DNA of 64,000 nucleotides from a virus (Duplodnaviria; Caudoviricetes): IMG/VR virus record IMGVR_UViG_3300028888_002023, positions 12,176 to 76,175 of that record; one strand, 5' to 3'. Shown piece by piece: positions 10,038 to 18,377 of this stretch (position 1 is its first letter; each line of letters starts with the position of its first letter). The notes under the pieces were generated by a model. It saw only the letters and a program-made list of their open reading frames with translations, ran no database searches and was not told where the DNA came from. The position numbers and the translations under genes were made by a program.

Positions 10038-11000
10038 TTATTCTATTCCCATAGCTTCTTTATCACATAAAACGCAACCATCACAGTCACAATAAGCATG
10101 ATAGGCTTTTAAGTGTCCACATTCAGCAACCTCTGTCTCATTTTTATGCTTTTCATCATCTATTTCTAATTCAGCACCACGGTCTTTATGCCTAACATTT
10201 TTAACCATTGACTCACTAATATCATTACCATTTCTATAAAGCAAATCTGCTCTGTACTGAATATTAAAAAGTTTGTCCCAATTTAATGCACTTTCCTGCA
10301 TTCTAAATTTACGTAAGAATTCAAGGAATAACTTACGTGTGGGGACAAAATCTGTTTTATACTTTTCGTTATACTCTTGGGGTGTTGTATCTTCGCAACC
10401 TACTTGTTTAAAGAAGAAAGTTGCGTGATATTCTTTTCCCATTTGTTGAAATGATATTTCATTATTCAAATATTTTTTAATACAATCTGTAGAAAGTATT
10501 GTAGTAATATTAAACTTAATATCTGGGTAAAGTTCATGTATGTGCTTCATATGATATTTCCAATTTTCTTCCATTTTAGGTGTATGGAACCTACCTTGGG
10601 TATCATAAGAAGTTAAAAGCCAGAGTTTATCTGTATTACCTTCAAATAATTTAATAGTGTCATAAAGGTCTCTTTGGTCACCAATAGTTAATGTCATATA
10701 AATCCAAACTTGCTCAATATACCCATCACGAAGTAATTGAGCAGTTTTTTCCATTAATGACATAAATTTCATACGTAATTCTGGAGTATGCAATTGCCCT
10801 TGAAAGAATTCTCCACCAAGATATGAAATAATATTATACTCTGGGTAATTATCTAAATTAGAAATCTCTGTGTATGCATTATCCATAGAATACATCTTCA
10901 CTTTATCTGGGGTATGCCTATTATTTGTACCTAAATAACAAAAGGTACAACGGCTGTTACACTCTTCCCATAACTCAAATTGCATTATTTTATTAGCCAT
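10038..11000 (-). CDS. Radical SAM protein (paralog B)
   Basis: LWEECNSRCTFC, GGEFF, TSYDTQGRF, CGHLKAYHAYCDCDGCVLCD. Start moved to the MANK ATG at 11000 (SD GGAG). Confidence 0.9.
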   Translation of the reverse strand: MANKIMQFELWEECNSRCTFCYLGTNNRHTPDKVKMYSMDNAYTEISNLDNYPEYNIISYLGGEFFQGQLHTPELRMKFMSLMEKTAQLLRDGYIEQVWIYMTLTIGDQRDLYDTIKLFEGNTDKLWLLTSYDTQGRFHTPKMEENWKYHMKHIHELYPDIKFNITTILSTDCIKKYLNNEISFQQMGKEYHATFFFKQVGCEDTTPQEYNEKYKTDFVPTRKLFLEFLRKFRMQESALNWDKLFNIQYRADLLYRNGNDISESMVKNVRHKDRGAELEIDDEKHKNETEVAECGHLKAYHAYCDCDGCVLCDKEAMGIE

Positions 11001-11916
11001 AAAATACTCCTTCATCTAAAGCAATTAAGTCACAAAGCATACATTTATTACTATCTGCATAGCAACGATAAAGAACTGAATGACCACATTCTGTTATTTC
11101 TTCTTTTCCATCTGTAAGTTTAGGTTGTGATGTAATACTATCTTTATGTATATCTTTGAGTCCAGTCCATTTATATGTAGCAGAATTCATTGTTGACTGC
11201 ATAAATGATACATATTCATGATAATAGTTAGCCTTTAACCATGCCAGAAAATCAAATAAATCTGTTCGCTTAAAAAAGAAATCATCTAACTTCTTCCCTG
11301 TATGAATTGGGTGCGGATATAACAGACAAAGCTGATTTCCCGGCATGATAATGTCAATTTCTTTAACTATATCTTGACCTTCTTTCCAAAGGTTAATAAC
11401 ATTTTGAGTAAGTATCATCTGAATACCGAGACAATAATTATACTTATTATGTATTAGGTTCACATTGTCAATAACCTTTAATCTGTCTTCTTCATTTTTA
11501 TATCTATACTTTAAGTCATAAGAAAAGTTAAGGTCTATTGCTTTGGTGCCACACGCATCAACTATTTTATCCAATACTCTCATTAAGAACTCTGGATTAT
11601 ATAATCCATTTGTGACAGTAGAATATTTAACATTAGGATTAGGTGACTTCTTGAGGACCTTTTCTATAATTAAATCTATCAATTCAAGGAATGAGTCCTG
11701 TAACTCTCTGTCCTCTATAAAATAAAGTTCCCCACCTAATAAAGATATTCCATCAGCAAATTTACCTTGCCAATCTATATAATCAAGGTTTTTCTTAATT
11801 CGCTCTAATCTCTTCAATTGTTTTTCTTTACTGTATGGTATTCTCTCTTTTCTTAAACAAAAGTCGCAAGCATTGCAACAATTAGCCCACACAGAGTATT
11901 GTAACACATTACTCAT
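10993..11916 (-). CDS. Radical SAM protein (paralog C)
   Basis: VWANCCNACDFC, GGELYF, FSYDLKYRY, CGHSVLYRCYADSNKCMLCD. Confidence 0.9.
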   Translation of the reverse strand: MSNVLQYSVWANCCNACDFCLRKERIPYSKEKQLKRLERIKKNLDYIDWQGKFADGISLLGGELYFIEDRELQDSFLELIDLIIEKVLKKSPNPNVKYSTVTNGLYNPEFLMRVLDKIVDACGTKAIDLNFSYDLKYRYKNEEDRLKVIDNVNLIHNKYNYCLGIQMILTQNVINLWKEGQDIVKEIDIIMPGNQLCLLYPHPIHTGKKLDDFFFKRTDLFDFLAWLKANYYHEYVSFMQSTMNSATYKWTGLKDIHKDSITSQPKLTDGKEEITECGHSVLYRCYADSNKCMLCDLIALDEGVFYG

Positions 11917-11922
11917 ATCTAA

Positions 11923-11951
11923 ATTATATCATAATTTTATTAACTTGTCAA
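11923..11951 (-). promoter_or_regulatory. Internal sigma70-type promoter in the radical SAM array
   Basis: TTGACA-17 nt-TATAAT with extended -10 TG; -35 box lies in the last codons of paralog D. Confidence 0.8.
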
Positions 11952-12833
11952 TTCCATAAAGGCTACTACAATATCTCTCATCTTTTCATCTGAATCAATA
12001 AATCCAATATCATATTTTCTGGTTCTATCTCTTAACTGACATCTGCCTTCAGTCAATCTGCGACCTATTGCTACAGACCTTAAGCCATCTTCATGGTAAT
12101 GTAATTCATCTGAACGGTAATCCATAGAGAATAATTTATTGAAATCTAACACGCCATTCATCTTTTGAAGAAACTTAATAAATGATGCTTTAGTTGGAAA
12201 AAATCCGGGGAGTTCTTTTTGACATTCAAATTTATCTTTGAAATATAAACCAGACGAAGGTTCTATAAAATCTAATGAACAACGAAATACCTGTTGAAAT
12301 AATTTAAAATCAAACTTTTCGTTAATTACAGCGTCTATTAAATGTTGCGTCATTATCATTTCAACATGTAAATCAACTTCTGGATAATTATTACCTAGCC
12401 ATAACATATTTTTCACCCAAAGCATTCTTTCATCTGTATTTTTAAATCTATATTCATAATCCCATGAAGTACATAATACGATTTTATCAAGGATATTATA
12501 AGTCTTTTTAAGAGCTTTTAAGACTGGAATAAGATAATCTCCTATGTTATAAATAAGATTTGTTGTAATAAATATCTTTTTAGGATTAAGCTCTTTGCAT
12601 AATCTAATAATAGTGAAAAAATCTACCATATTGTATTGAGCTTCACCATTAAAGAATTCACCACCAATTAATCCTATGCTATCATATTCATTAGGTTTTA
12701 ACTTCTTTAATTGTTCTATAACATAATGGCACGATTTATTTTTATCTACAGGCATTTGCCCTCTGTTAAAACAAAAAGGACAATGCTGTGAACAATCTTT
12801 CCATAATTCAAATTGTATAAACTTATTCTTCAT
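11940..12833 (-). CDS. Radical SAM protein (paralog D)
   Basis: LWKDCSQHCPFC, GGEFF, TSWDYEYRF; lacks the C-terminal CGH/CxxC motif. Confidence 0.9.
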   Translation of the reverse strand: MKNKFIQFELWKDCSQHCPFCFNRGQMPVDKNKSCHYVIEQLKKLKPNEYDSIGLIGGEFFNGEAQYNMVDFFTIIRLCKELNPKKIFITTNLIYNIGDYLIPVLKALKKTYNILDKIVLCTSWDYEYRFKNTDERMLWVKNMLWLGNNYPEVDLHVEMIMTQHLIDAVINEKFDFKLFQQVFRCSLDFIEPSSGLYFKDKFECQKELPGFFPTKASFIKFLQKMNGVLDFNKLFSMDYRSDELHYHEDGLRSVAIGRRLTEGRCQLRDRTRKYDIGFIDSDEKMRDIVVAFMELTS

Positions 12834-13761
12834 TCATCATCTCACATAATGCTATGCATACATCTTCAATACTGTCATCACAGTCTATAAACCCTGTGTC
12901 AAATTTATGGTCTGGGTCCAGACATTCAGTTCTAAAACCTTCTACACGTCTGTCTTTTTGGCACACAAACTGACCAAGGTCTAACTGATACCTGCGACTT
13001 GAACGTATCTCATTTGAAATAAGGCAGCGTATGTCAACATTTTTCTTTTCAATACATTCCTGTTTTAAGAATTTAATGAATTTTTCCTTTGTTGGGAAAA
13101 AATTAGGGCACGCTTCTTGAATTTCATACTTATCTTTATAATACCAGCCACTTGTAGGTTCTATATAATCTACTCTTGATTTATAATAGTTGCTGAAATA
13201 AGCAATATCAAAATCTCCGTCTAATACTTTATCTATGAAATCACCTGTTAATATAATTTCAATATGCGTTCTAATATTTGGGAATTCTCCGTGTAAAAAT
13301 TTCATATTGTTTCTAAACAAGCGTTTCTTAGGTATTCCATTCTTGTACCCATCAAATCTCCATTTAGTATCATAAGAAGTACATATTAAGACCTTATCAT
13401 CTACTTTCATTTCTTCAAAGAAGCATAATAGAGGTATTAAGTGCTTACTCATGTCATAGATTAGATTCGTTGCTATATAAATCTTTTTAAAGTGCATACA
13501 ACAAATCTTACGCACTACTTTATAGAAAAGCTCATTGACTTCTGGGTCATCAAGCTGGTCGTCAAATATTTCCCCACCTATCAAACCTACTTCATCAAAT
13601 TCTTTCACCTCTGGGTCATCTAACTTTTCTAAAATGAAATTAAGTGCATACTTTTTATCAATAGGAATCTGGTCTTTACAAAGACAGAATTCACAGCCAT
13701 TATTACATTCTGACCAGAGTTGATATTGAAGGAATTTACTAGGTGCTTTATATCTATCCAT
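12823..13761 (-). CDS. Radical SAM protein (paralog E)
   Basis: LWSECNNGCEFC, GGEIF, TSYDTKWRF; lacks the C-terminal CGH/CxxC motif. Confidence 0.9.
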   Translation of the reverse strand: MDRYKAPSKFLQYQLWSECNNGCEFCLCKDQIPIDKKYALNFILEKLDDPEVKEFDEVGLIGGEIFDDQLDDPEVNELFYKVVRKICCMHFKKIYIATNLIYDMSKHLIPLLCFFEEMKVDDKVLICTSYDTKWRFDGYKNGIPKKRLFRNNMKFLHGEFPNIRTHIEIILTGDFIDKVLDGDFDIAYFSNYYKSRVDYIEPTSGWYYKDKYEIQEACPNFFPTKEKFIKFLKQECIEKKNVDIRCLISNEIRSSRRYQLDLGQFVCQKDRRVEGFRTECLDPDHKFDTGFIDCDDSIEDVCIALCEMMNEE

Positions 13762-14629
13762 CTATGTAACCTCCAAACATATCTTCAAGGTCACAGCAGA
13801 AACAAGTACCTTCCCTACTATATTTTTTAAAATTCACAGCGTGACCACACTCTGGAGATAATTCACAGCTACAGAACTGAAATTCGCCATCTTTGTACAT
13901 ATATAGCCATTTCTCTTGTTTTATACACATATTAGGTACATACTTTTTAAGATAGCCGGGATTAATTTTTTCCATCCACCATAATGTATTAAATATAATT
14001 TGTTGACTTGCAGTAAGTTTGTCATCATAAACAATATATGGAAGTAAATTAACCCAACAATTATTTTTATTCATAAATTCTATAATATCAAATTGTCCTG
14101 TAATTATTGCTTCACAAGTTGGTTTGGTTAATATCATATTAGTAACAATAGGCATTTCTGGATATTTTTCTGCTATTGTTGCAAGATTTGTTAGCATTAC
14201 ATTTTTATCATGCTCAGTCTTAAACCTTCCTTCAATATCATAAGAAGTAGTAAATTTAACTCTTTTCAATAGTCCAGCATCTTTTAGTTGTTCAAGAGTA
14301 TCATACAACCCATTAATATTAAGATATATAAGGTTTGTGTTTAAATACAAAAGGTCTATAATTCCTTGTTTCATAAACTGAACTAACACAAAGAAAAAGG
14401 TTGATAATATTTGAAAGTCTGATGGCTTATCAAATATTTCCCCACCACAAACCAGTATATGACTACCTTTTTCAAATTTATCTGATTTAATAAATTCAAT
14501 TACATCATTTAATATTTTAAGTCTTTCATCATGATTATATAAACGAGGGTTTTCTCTCTGCCAACAAAACTTACAATTATTGTTACAGTTATCCCATAAT
14601 AAAAACTCATATATCTTTTTCATTGTCAA
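13754..14629 (-). CDS. Radical SAM protein (paralog F)
   Basis: LWDNCNNNCKFC, GGEIF, TSYDIEGRF, CSCELSPECGH..CFCCD. True start is probably the ATG at 14623. Confidence 0.9.
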   Translation of the reverse strand: MTMKKIYEFLLWDNCNNNCKFCWQRENPRLYNHDERLKILNDVIEFIKSDKFEKGSHILVCGGEIFDKPSDFQILSTFFFVLVQFMKQGIIDLLYLNTNLIYLNINGLYDTLEQLKDAGLLKRVKFTTSYDIEGRFKTEHDKNVMLTNLATIAEKYPEMPIVTNMILTKPTCEAIITGQFDIIEFMNKNNCWVNLLPYIVYDDKLTASQQIIFNTLWWMEKINPGYLKKYVPNMCIKQEKWLYMYKDGEFQFCSCELSPECGHAVNFKKYSREGTCFCCDLEDMFGGYIDG

Positions 14630-14644
14630 GTCCTTTCAGAATAA

Positions 14645-15367
14645 TTATAGAGTAGTGACACTACCTGTATAACTTACTACTATTATTTTTCTACTTAATT
14701 TATTATCAAGGATTCTATTTACAATAGCCTGCATTTCAGCCCCAGATAATGTATGAGCACGAGTATCTCCAACAACTACACCATTAGAATCTATAGGTTG
14801 TCCTGTCATGCCTGCTGGTCTTGGGTCAAGTGATAAACCTGCTGTGGATATTGATTGTGTAGAATAAACAATAGCAGAACCTCTTGATGATGTTGAGCTC
14901 CAAGATTGGTCATTTCCATTTCCATTTATACCTATTGTAGTTGTTGTAGCTAATACTGGAGGCATAGCTGTTGTAGCAAGAGCAATTTTAAAACTACAGA
15001 ATAAAAATAGGTCATATAAAAAATTATATAAATTTTTACTGTCTATAGGATAATCCCAAGTATTTGAAGGTAAATATAAACCATTAAAAAATGATGCTAA
15101 TTCATTACTTGGAACACCTTCAGCTACTTGGCTAATACCAGATGATACAGAAAGTGTAAATTGAGCACACGCTACTTTACCTCCGTAGCCCATTGCAGGA
15201 CCACCATCTGAAGAAGCTGCATATGTAGTAGCTAAAGTCTCTGAATTACCACTTTTATAATATGCCCCTAAACTGCTGTAATTACTACCAACATTTTTAC
15301 AATTGGTATTAATCCAACTTATTACTTGGTTAAGTAGTGTGCGGTATGTTACTGATGGTACTGTCAT
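14645..15367 (-). CDS. Ser/Thr-rich putative virion protein, paralog of 15372..16223
   Basis: N-terminus (TYRTLLNQVISWINTNCKNVGS..YYKSG) parallels KYSDLRNYALEQLIAKCCNIGS..LKDG of the neighbour; no poly-Ser tail. Confidence 0.6.
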   Translation of the reverse strand: MTVPSVTYRTLLNQVISWINTNCKNVGSNYSSLGAYYKSGNSETLATTYAASSDGGPAMGYGGKVACAQFTLSVSSGISQVAEGVPSNELASFFNGLYLPSNTWDYPIDSKNLYNFLYDLFLFCSFKIALATTAMPPVLATTTTIGINGNGNDQSWSSTSSRGSAIVYSTQSISTAGLSLDPRPAGMTGQPIDSNGVVVGDTRAHTLSGAEMQAIVNRILDNKLSRKIIVVSYTGSVTTL

Positions 15368-15371
15368 ATTT

Positions 15372-16223
15372 TTAAATATCCATATATACTATAAATGCAG
15401 AGCTAGATGAACTTGATGAACTTGAAGAACTTGAACTTGAAGAACTACAAGAACTACAATTCACTGTAAAATAAGTTGAAATAACATGAATACCAGCCGT
15501 GGTATTTAGGCTATTCATGAAACTTGCTAAACTGGTTGTTAATTCTGTAGAAGTAAAAGAAGTCTGTGTATTGTCTTGAGGTACGCCATTTACGAAGGTA
15601 TCATTAAGGACAGGAATAGCAGTGTTATTATTAGTAGTTCCATATGCTGGGGACTGCTTATTAAAAGGTTCCGCAGGTGATGTATATGATGCTGTTCCAG
15701 AAGTTGACTTTGTTATACTTTCAGTAATAGTAGCACTGGAAACTGATGCATTTGAATCATATACAAAGTAACCTCTTGATGTATCAAATGGTGAATATAC
15801 TTGTACTACTTTTGCTCCCATAAAAGCTGCAAAGTTTTGGAAAAAATGTACCATAGCCTTGAATGTCATTACAGTATTATCTTTATTTGACATACCTAAA
15901 TTATTCATAAAGGTGTCAAATTGATTTGTTACTGTACTACTTGACACAGCAGTAACAAAAGAATCATTTACAGTAAGTTTTAATGTTGCAGTATGTGCTT
16001 TTCTAATAGGGTTCCAAGGTGCTGGGTGGTTGTATAATGCATAAACATTATGCATTATTGTTCCAACATTTTTTGGTGTATCAACATTTCTGGTATAACC
16101 ATCTTTTAAAGAGGCTGGTATAGAAGAAACACTGCCTATGTTACAGCATTTAGCTATTAACTGTTCTAAAGCATAATTTCTTAAATCTGAATATTTACAT
16201 ATATAATTTGAACCTATTGTCAT
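15372..16223 (-). CDS. Ser/Thr-rich putative virion protein with C-terminal NCSSC-S16-AFIVYMDI tail (candidate RiPP-like substrate)
   Basis: 283-aa ORF; 16 consecutive Ser after CSSC, encoded by mixed TCN/AGY codons. Confidence 0.7.
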   Translation of the reverse strand: MTIGSNYICKYSDLRNYALEQLIAKCCNIGSVSSIPASLKDGYTRNVDTPKNVGTIMHNVYALYNHPAPWNPIRKAHTATLKLTVNDSFVTAVSSSTVTNQFDTFMNNLGMSNKDNTVMTFKAMVHFFQNFAAFMGAKVVQVYSPFDTSRGYFVYDSNASVSSATITESITKSTSGTASYTSPAEPFNKQSPAYGTTNNNTAIPVLNDTFVNGVPQDNTQTSFTSTELTTSLASFMNSLNTTAGIHVISTYFTVNCSSCSSSSSSSSSSSSSSSSAFIVYMDI

Positions 16224-16975
16224 TATTCTTTAACCCCTTCATTTGCAGTTTCTTCTAAAATACTAAAGAAGTCTTCCATGAAACCTAAACCTGCTTGACA
16301 TTTACTTAACAATGTTGTCATAAAAACATAAGCATCATCAATATATACTAATTCACTTGTAGAAAATTCTGGTGATTTAGCAAAAATACCAGATAATGTT
16401 GCTAAATCAGATGAAAGAATCATATTTGCATAAAGTACTGGTAATTTAATATGCTCATCAGATGGAGTATACATAAATTTAGTATATGATTTAATTAAAG
16501 ATAAGAAATAAATACTTAATTGCTTAATAAATGCTTTAATATTAGCCCCTAAAGCTAACTTTATATCTAATAACTCTTCTACACTATTAAAATAAACATC
16601 TGAAGAATTAAAGAATTCATCATTAAGATTATTATAAGATTTAACTAAATTATACATATTTAGTTGCATTAAAGGGTCTGCTAAATTAGGATTATCAAAC
16701 CCATATTTAAGTGCTTCAATCTTTTGTTCAGTAGAAGCATTCTTTAAATCAAACATTACAATAACATTTGATGTATCTTCGTTAACATCTTCAACACCAT
16801 CTTCATCTGGTATTTCACAATTCTGGCTAACTCTGGTTACAAGGTACTTATCTTCATAACATTTTTCCATGATTTTAATTAAATCTTCAGCTTCAGGTGT
16901 AACCCTGATAATAACATTTTTACCTTCACAAGCTGTATCAAACTTGTAACCTTTTCCATTGTACTCTTTTAACAT
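16223..16975 (-). CDS. Hypothetical acidic protein in the radical SAM operon
   Basis: 250-aa ORF, SD GGAG, translationally coupled to the poly-Ser gene; no recognisable motif. Confidence 0.6.
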   Translation of the reverse strand: MLKEYNGKGYKFDTACEGKNVIIRVTPEAEDLIKIMEKCYEDKYLVTRVSQNCEIPDEDGVEDVNEDTSNVIVMFDLKNASTEQKIEALKYGFDNPNLADPLMQLNMYNLVKSYNNLNDEFFNSSDVYFNSVEELLDIKLALGANIKAFIKQLSIYFLSLIKSYTKFMYTPSDEHIKLPVLYANMILSSDLATLSGIFAKSPEFSTSELVYIDDAYVFMTTLLSKCQAGLGFMEDFFSILEETANEGVKE

Positions 16976-16986
16976 GGTGCTCTCCT

Positions 16987-18267
16987 TTACAATTCCAATT
17001 TAACTACACACTCAACTAACTTTTCACCCTCTTCAAGGTTTTCTTCAAGTGCTCTTCCAACCAAATTATAGCATGGGTTTTTAGAATTGTCAACTTTTCC
17101 CACTCCAGCTTCATCAGATAAAACAATGTAATCAAATTTCTTTACAGGACCTTTTACCCTTACAGGAATTCTTCCTGTTAAGGCTATTAATGATGGATGT
17201 TCCATATTATTATCACCATTTAATATGTATGCTGGATTTGTTGATATAACAGCATTTACAGCATCTTTAGCCTTAGTTATTTCTTTTTCTCCACCAAACT
17301 GAACTAATGTACCTGCTGGTAATTCTTCATCAGCATCATAATATTCGGCAATATCGGCAGATAGTGCTCTGTATGCAGTACCCATTATTACTTTATCAAA
17401 AGTACACACATTTTTAAAGTTGGCTGTATTATTTGCTGTTAAAGTACCATTTACAGTTGTATTACCTGCTACAGTTACTGCTCCAGAAAGAGTGGTTGCC
17501 CCAGTGACACCTAATGTAGAAGCACAAGTTACAGCACCATTTGCTTGTAAAGCATTAGTTGTAACTTTACCAGAAAAAGATGATAAACCTGCTGTAACTT
17601 TTAAGGCGTATGCGTTGCTTGCAGTATTATTAAAAGTTACCATTTTAGCAAATGTTTTTTCAGACTGAATTGTTTCAGCATTACCTGTCAAGTGAACAAC
17701 ACCAGCGTTGATTTCATTTTGTACAGCAGTAATTCTACCTAAAAGGTCCTGATACATAGCTTGTACATCTGTTTCGTTTGCTTTACCACCAGCACCAGAA
17801 AGTTCCCAACCTTCTGTACCTGTTTCAGTTTGTTTTAAATAAAGATAACCTGTATCAAGGTCAGTATACATATCACCACGGTTTCCAGACTTATACCCAT
17901 TAGGATTACCATGACCTTGGCTGTATACTTCATTCATAGACATCATACGTCTCCAATATGTTGCCTGTTTAGAATAAATATCACCTGTAGAAGTATCTAA
18001 ATATAAGGAACCAACGGCTGAATCAATTAAATCATCATTCAAAGAAGGGTCTCCAACCCCATTCAATATATACTTTAAATCTTTTGCTCTGTTAGGTAGT
18101 GTGTATGATGCTAAGTTACCATTTTCATCAAAGAATTTTACGGTAATATCACGTGCCTCTGGGTTATAAAAAATATCAAACCAGTTTTGAGCTAATTCAT
18201 TATAGTTTTGTGCCAACTGGGATAATGTTGTCGCAATTTTCTGTATATCTTGAGTTTCTACAGCCAT
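16987..18267 (-). CDS. Tail fibre/spike protein with beta-rich shaft and C-terminal autoproteolytic chaperone-like domain
   Basis: HLTGNAETIQSEKTF repeat, G/T/V-rich beta repeats, ADIAEYYDADEELPAGTLV..GRIPVRVKGPVKKFD resembling intramolecular chaperone (peptidase G2/IMC-type) domains. Confidence 0.7.
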   Translation of the reverse strand: MAVETQDIQKIATTLSQLAQNYNELAQNWFDIFYNPEARDITVKFFDENGNLASYTLPNRAKDLKYILNGVGDPSLNDDLIDSAVGSLYLDTSTGDIYSKQATYWRRMMSMNEVYSQGHGNPNGYKSGNRGDMYTDLDTGYLYLKQTETGTEGWELSGAGGKANETDVQAMYQDLLGRITAVQNEINAGVVHLTGNAETIQSEKTFAKMVTFNNTASNAYALKVTAGLSSFSGKVTTNALQANGAVTCASTLGVTGATTLSGAVTVAGNTTVNGTLTANNTANFKNVCTFDKVIMGTAYRALSADIAEYYDADEELPAGTLVQFGGEKEITKAKDAVNAVISTNPAYILNGDNNMEHPSLIALTGRIPVRVKGPVKKFDYIVLSDEAGVGKVDNSKNPCYNLVGRALEENLEEGEKLVECVVKLEL

Positions 18268-18307
18268 TATTTATTCCTACCTTAAAAAATTACATAGTTT
18301 CTATATC

Positions 18308-18342
18308 TTAAAATGTAAACACTCCCATTGTTTACATTTTAA
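18308..18342. promoter_or_regulatory. Perfect 13-bp inverted repeat holding back-to-back TTACATTTTA motifs between divergent operons
   Basis: ttaaaatgtaaac-N9-gtttacattttaa; motif at 18309-18318 (-) and 18332-18341 (+). Confidence 0.75.
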
Positions 18343-18377
18343 ATTATAATAGCACTGAATTTTAATAGGAACTAATA

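Noticed and set aside
7479-14629. Radical SAMs as QueE or part of a 7-deazaguanine DNA-modification pathway
   Set aside because: No folE, queC, queD or dpdA in the window, the context is tail genes, and restriction sites appear to be avoided rather than protected. Genes outside the window cannot be excluded.
14618-14635. TTGACA at the start of rSAM F as a promoter
   Set aside because: No -10 hexamer at 16-18 nt spacing; the sequence is the SD-to-start spacer.
15397-15460. Poly-Ser as a simple microsatellite or assembly stutter
   Set aside because: Mixed TCN/AGY codons with no single repeated triplet.
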